Shown piece after piece: positions 16,349 through 20,000 of a stretch of 20,000 nucleotides of DNA (position 1 is its first letter; every line of letters starts with the position of its first letter). The notes under the pieces were generated by a model that searched no databases, was not told the DNA's origin, and saw nothing but the letters and a program-made list of their open reading frames with translations. Origin of the DNA: an uncultured virus (IMG/VR IMGVR_UViG_3300025684_000756) (taxonomy: Duplodnaviria > Heunggongvirae > Uroviricota > Caudoviricetes); IMG/VR virus record IMGVR_UViG_3300025684_000756. The stretch is one strand, 5' to 3'. The position numbers and the translations under genes were made by a program.

Positions 16349-16876
16349 TTAATCGATGTCGTTGCTGTCCAAGCTCATTAGTAGGTGCCAACGTTTTTCG
16401 TTTCCACAATTTATTGCAGTATGCAACTCTCTTGTATCTACTTTAAATACCCCACCATTGGCAGGTATTTCTACTAATTCAGGAGGATCAACAAATAAAA
16501 ACCGAGCTTGTTTGTTTGTATATGTTGCTATGTGTAATCTTTGATGAGGATCTCTATGCATACTATAACAGCTACGAGGCTCCATAATCATTATTCTTGT
16601 GCGATATACTTTCCATGGAAATTCGTCAAAAAACTTTTCCCAATATGTTCCAATTAAGTCTGGACGTAGTTGATTCCATTGATGCTCGTTGTCGCCTAAA
16701 TAGGTTCCTGTACCTTCAGCATGATCTCCAATGCCGCCTGATTGTAATGCTGTTTGAGATCTAAAGTCTCCTAGTTCGTTATCCCATGCTAATTTTTTAC
16801 ATTCCTCATGTAACCGTTCTACATCGTTGATAACATAAGGCTTGTCGTTATGTCGCATACGATACTTCTTACTCAT
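16349..16876 (-). CDS. Asp/Asn beta-hydroxylase-like Fe(II)/2OG oxygenase
   Basis: RTRIMIMEPRSCYSMHRD ... RLHIA..TN ... VDTRELHTAIN.G...RWHL. Confidence 0.82.
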   Translation of the reverse strand: MSKKYRMRHNDKPYVINDVERLHEECKKLAWDNELGDFRSQTALQSGGIGDHAEGTGTYLGDNEHQWNQLRPDLIGTYWEKFFDEFPWKVYRTRIMIMEPRSCYSMHRDPHQRLHIATYTNKQARFLFVDPPELVEIPANGGVFKVDTRELHTAINCGNEKRWHLLMSLDSNDID

Positions 16877-18142
16877 TTATACCTCTCCTATAACCATAAA
16901 CCTATTGCATTTTTCTAAGTTTAATTCACCTTGATAATGTATCTTTGATACTCCACATTCTTCAACAAACTCGTCTAAATGAGAAAAGCAATTAACATGA
17001 TCTGGAACATCAAACATATTATTACCTTGTAATACAACTCTAGTTCCTTTAGGAAGAGACTCAATCCAACCTCCGTGGTCATGAAAGTGTTCTGTTATTG
17101 TATCAACTATAACAAAATTTTTCATTTTGGTAAAGTCCATAGATCTAATATCTTCATTTGATACTTGGTAACGTTCAGTTGATACACCTGCCATTGACAT
17201 TTCGTTGCCATCAACATCTGTTATGTCTGGTGCTGGTACGTTTAATATACAAGATGGATCATTAACAGTCTTGTCAATATCTACATTAAGAACTTTTCCA
17301 AACTCTTGTTTACGACAGTTTGCTAAGAAAGGCAATATTCCAAGCCAACCTCCAACTATAATTGTAGTAGTATCTTCTGTAATCCAATTCACTTCTTTTA
17401 ATTTGTCTAGTAACCAAACTTTACTTTTAATTTGATTTCTACTTAATGCATCTTGCCAGTTTAACTTTGGACTATGTGCTATTGCTTTAGACATACGTTT
17501 GAGTTCTGATTGTAATTCAGGAAAATAATTTATACTTGCATTATTTGCAAGTACTTCAATATTATCGTCAACTAAGTTTTCTAACATAGTTGTTCTTCCT
17601 ACTAATAGTCTTGCAAAGTAACATACCTCATAGATGTTTCCTTGTTTTGCTTCTGCTAGTTTATTAGCACCCCAGGCTATGTTTTCTAATGCATCAGTTC
17701 CGTTTTCTTTTATCCAACCTGCTGTAGCCCATACAGGTTGAGCAATATCTTCTACTACTTGGCAACCTTTCCAAATTGTATTAATTACTTCATTAGGTGC
17801 AGATGTAAACTTGATATTGTTATCTTCTCTATGATACATTCCAAGTGCTAGTGCTAGTCTTAACTGATTCCATCTTGTTTTTTCTTTAGCAGGTTCTACA
17901 CATGCTAATAAATCCTGAAAGTTTAAGAAGTTTTCAATCCCAACATTATAAAACAAATGTTCTAAGTCATCGTCTGATCCTGTTTCTAAGTTTCTTCTAA
18001 GCCAATGTAAGCTACTACGAAACCCAATAAACTCCTCCATAAAATACAAAAAGGCTATTCTATTTTTTCTAATAGTATCTTCTTTACTTCCTGGTACTAG
18101 TCTAGTATTATTCTTTTGTTTTGCTTCTTGTAGTCTTACCAT
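16877..18142 (-). CDS. Class I SAM-dependent methyltransferase-like C-terminal domain with an unknown N-terminal helical domain
   Basis: Motif I-like IIVGGWLG, motif II VLNVDID, NEDI, VIVDTITEH, VVLQGNN...DHVNC; start at 18142 (TAATG overlap) preferred over 18154. Confidence 0.65.
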   Translation of the reverse strand: MVRLQEAKQKNNTRLVPGSKEDTIRKNRIAFLYFMEEFIGFRSSLHWLRRNLETGSDDDLEHLFYNVGIENFLNFQDLLACVEPAKEKTRWNQLRLALALGMYHREDNNIKFTSAPNEVINTIWKGCQVVEDIAQPVWATAGWIKENGTDALENIAWGANKLAEAKQGNIYEVCYFARLLVGRTTMLENLVDDNIEVLANNASINYFPELQSELKRMSKAIAHSPKLNWQDALSRNQIKSKVWLLDKLKEVNWITEDTTTIIVGGWLGILPFLANCRKQEFGKVLNVDIDKTVNDPSCILNVPAPDITDVDGNEMSMAGVSTERYQVSNEDIRSMDFTKMKNFVIVDTITEHFHDHGGWIESLPKGTRVVLQGNNMFDVPDHVNCFSHLDEFVEECGVSKIHYQGELNLEKCNRFMVIGEV

Positions 18143-19131
18143 TACTGCCACCATCCAAACAACTTTAAGTTAGTTCTCCAATGTACATCATCATATGTTA
18201 AAGGTTTTTCAGGATGTAACTGTAACTGTTTAAAGAGTAAACTAGCACTTTCGTCTAATATTGGCAAGTTAAATCCGTAAACCTCATTTACTGCATCTTG
18301 GAGTTCTTTCATGCCTCTTTCTGTTATTGTTTCAAAGCTCTTGAAGTATTCATTGAACCATTCATAATCCCTAATTAATGTGTAGTCAAAGTTATTAAAG
18401 TATAACTGTCTAATAGCAGTACGAGCACCTATAATACTCCATATACCATTTTTAACATCAGCACCAACTGTTAGCCATGTTAGCAATCGTTGATAGTTTG
18501 CGGCATGCATTATTTCTTTAATATTGTCTTTATTAATTACTTTTCCGGCTTCAGTTGAAAGTTTAACTCCTTCTCTAAAGCCTACACGAAAAGCCTGATA
18601 AGGAGATGCATTTGTATAAACAGTTGAATAGCAACCGGGTAGTTCCTTGTACTGTGATTCGTCCCAACAGAAATCAACTTCATCTCGTTCAGTATTTGAT
18701 GCTTCGTGACTTTTCATCGACATTAGATGTTCTGTATTCCATAGTTTTAATCCGCCATTACCATACATTAATCCATTTGTAAACTGTCTACCGCCCCAAG
18801 TGTAAGACATAAATCCTATACCTTTAGGAAGACGTAATTCAAAGAAAGCAGGATCTACTATACTATCCGCATCAACTGTGATTACATATCCAGCATTAGG
18901 AAAAGCCTGAGCCGCGGCTTTATGACAAGCATCAAATCCTTTAACACCATGTACACGTTGTACTTCTTGATGTGGTGTTGTTAGTTGTAATGTTTTCCAG
19001 TTAGCGTCAGCATTTGGTTCATCAAAACTTAGAAATACAATAGGAATATCTCTGGTAGTTCTAGCAGTATGCTTTACATTTCCTGCAAGTATCTTTGCTT
19101 TATCGTCTTTTGATAGTTTAAACATTGACAT
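18142..19131 (-). CDS. GT-A-fold glycosyltransferase-like protein
   Basis: IVFLSFDE, V.GVKG...CH, ITVDAD (DxD), NGL.YG.GG.KL, AFR.GFRE..KL. Confidence 0.62.
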   Translation of the reverse strand: MSMFKLSKDDKAKILAGNVKHTARTTRDIPIVFLSFDEPNADANWKTLQLTTPHQEVQRVHGVKGFDACHKAAAQAFPNAGYVITVDADSIVDPAFFELRLPKGIGFMSYTWGGRQFTNGLMYGNGGLKLWNTEHLMSMKSHEASNTERDEVDFCWDESQYKELPGCYSTVYTNASPYQAFRVGFREGVKLSTEAGKVINKDNIKEIMHAANYQRLLTWLTVGADVKNGIWSIIGARTAIRQLYFNNFDYTLIRDYEWFNEYFKSFETITERGMKELQDAVNEVYGFNLPILDESASLLFKQLQLHPEKPLTYDDVHWRTNLKLFGWWQ

Positions 19132-19984
19132 TGTTAAATTCCTTTTCTAACCATTCCCAGTTATTAATTAGATTCATTTTCTCACTATTAGCATATTTTA
19201 AACCATGCTTAACTCCAGCTTTTGCTCCTTTAATAACCCACTCTGCATTTAATCCTTCTGATACTGTTGACCATACATGATATCTCACAGATGCTTCGAA
19301 CACTTCATCAAAGTAATTATGTGTTAGCAAACTTTCTCTATACTTTTCAATTATAATACTTCTTTTGCCGGCTCTGTATGATGACTTAGATTTGCTATCC
19401 CAATCTTGTTTTTGTATATGTTCTTCCAACCTAACAAATTCTTTTTCTCTTTGTTGTTCTCTTCTTTTAATTGCACCAAAAACTGAACCTAATGATGCTA
19501 GTTTTGCACATTCTCTAAATGCGCCTATAAACGCACTATCTGGTGTTGCGTTAAATCTTGTTTCACAACTAACCTTAGACTTAGCAATAGTAGATGCTCC
19601 TATTGTTGTGGACAAATCAATTTCCCAACTGCGACCTTCTAGGAATGGCTTTTTAGGAAACAACTTAACTCCGCCATATCCATATTCTAAGCCATTAACT
19701 GGATTAACACTATTCCATACAATTACACACTCGTCTTCTGGATGATCCCAATGTAGTTCATTTGGATCTGGAACAAAATTAAAATCAAAGTCATCTACAA
19801 TCCAAGCATCAGCATCAACTACATAGAAATTGTCTGTTGCTGATTGCTCTGCACAAGTTTTATGTACTTCATAGATTCCTTTAACATCTCTTACTTCTTT
19901 AATGTTTGGAACAAATTTTGTTAGTCTCTGGTAGTTTTCTTCTGCGTTCCATTCGCCTTGGGAAATAAAAAATACATCTAACAT
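19118..19984 (-). CDS. GT-A-fold glycosyltransferase-like protein, paralogue of the adjacent gene
   Basis: VFFIS..E.NA, VKG....H, YVVDAD, NGLEYGYGGVKL, AF..AFRECAKL. Confidence 0.62.
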   Translation of the reverse strand: MLDVFFISQGEWNAEENYQRLTKFVPNIKEVRDVKGIYEVHKTCAEQSATDNFYVVDADAWIVDDFDFNFVPDPNELHWDHPEDECVIVWNSVNPVNGLEYGYGGVKLFPKKPFLEGRSWEIDLSTTIGASTIAKSKVSCETRFNATPDSAFIGAFRECAKLASLGSVFGAIKRREQQREKEFVRLEEHIQKQDWDSKSKSSYRAGKRSIIIEKYRESLLTHNYFDEVFEASVRYHVWSTVSEGLNAEWVIKGAKAGVKHGLKYANSEKMNLINNWEWLEKEFNNVNV

Positions 19985-20000
19985 CTAATCAACCTACTAT

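Noticed and set aside
22..19745. Short alternative-frame or antisense ORFs (for example 22-435, 552-746, 2616-2855, 5723-5989, 12509-12748, 19365-19745)
   Set aside because: All overlap better-supported genes and show no recognisable motifs; treated as shadow ORFs
1..20000. Bacterial chromosomal origin of the window
   Set aside because: Dense small hypothetical genes, repeated early promoters, an orphan purS-like gene, thyX and no housekeeping operons fit a large phage better, although no hallmark structural gene is present to prove it

Overview
AT-rich, densely coding segment that reads as part of a large dsDNA bacteriophage genome; a marine or aquatic T4-like or jumbo-type phage is inferred. 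The left third (about 500-5550, + strand) is an apparent early region. Four near-identical sigma70-type promoters (AGGTTGACCT, 17-bp spacer, TATA[G/T]T) drive a MoxR-type AAA+ ATPase, its HExxH-metallopeptidase/VWA partner, a divergent PurS-like gene, a secreted histidine phosphatase and a PiT-like permease. Four hypothetical genes follow. From 7577 to the end lies a ~12.4 kb block of mostly coupled enzyme genes resembling a biosynthetic or modification cluster: 2 membrane di-iron desaturase/hydroxylases, 4 HxD...H Fe(II)/2OG-type oxygenases, 2 PP-loop (AsnB-like) ATPases, 2 GNAT-like proteins, a SAM methyltransferase-like protein and 2 tandem GT-A-like paralogues, with thyX embedded under its own early-type promoter. 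Several cluster genes lack a Shine-Dalgarno and have a late-promoter-like ATA(A/C)(A/G)TA 5-6 nt before the ATG. No tRNA, rRNA, CRISPR or IS element was seen. All calls come from motif recognition by eye; no database searches were run.
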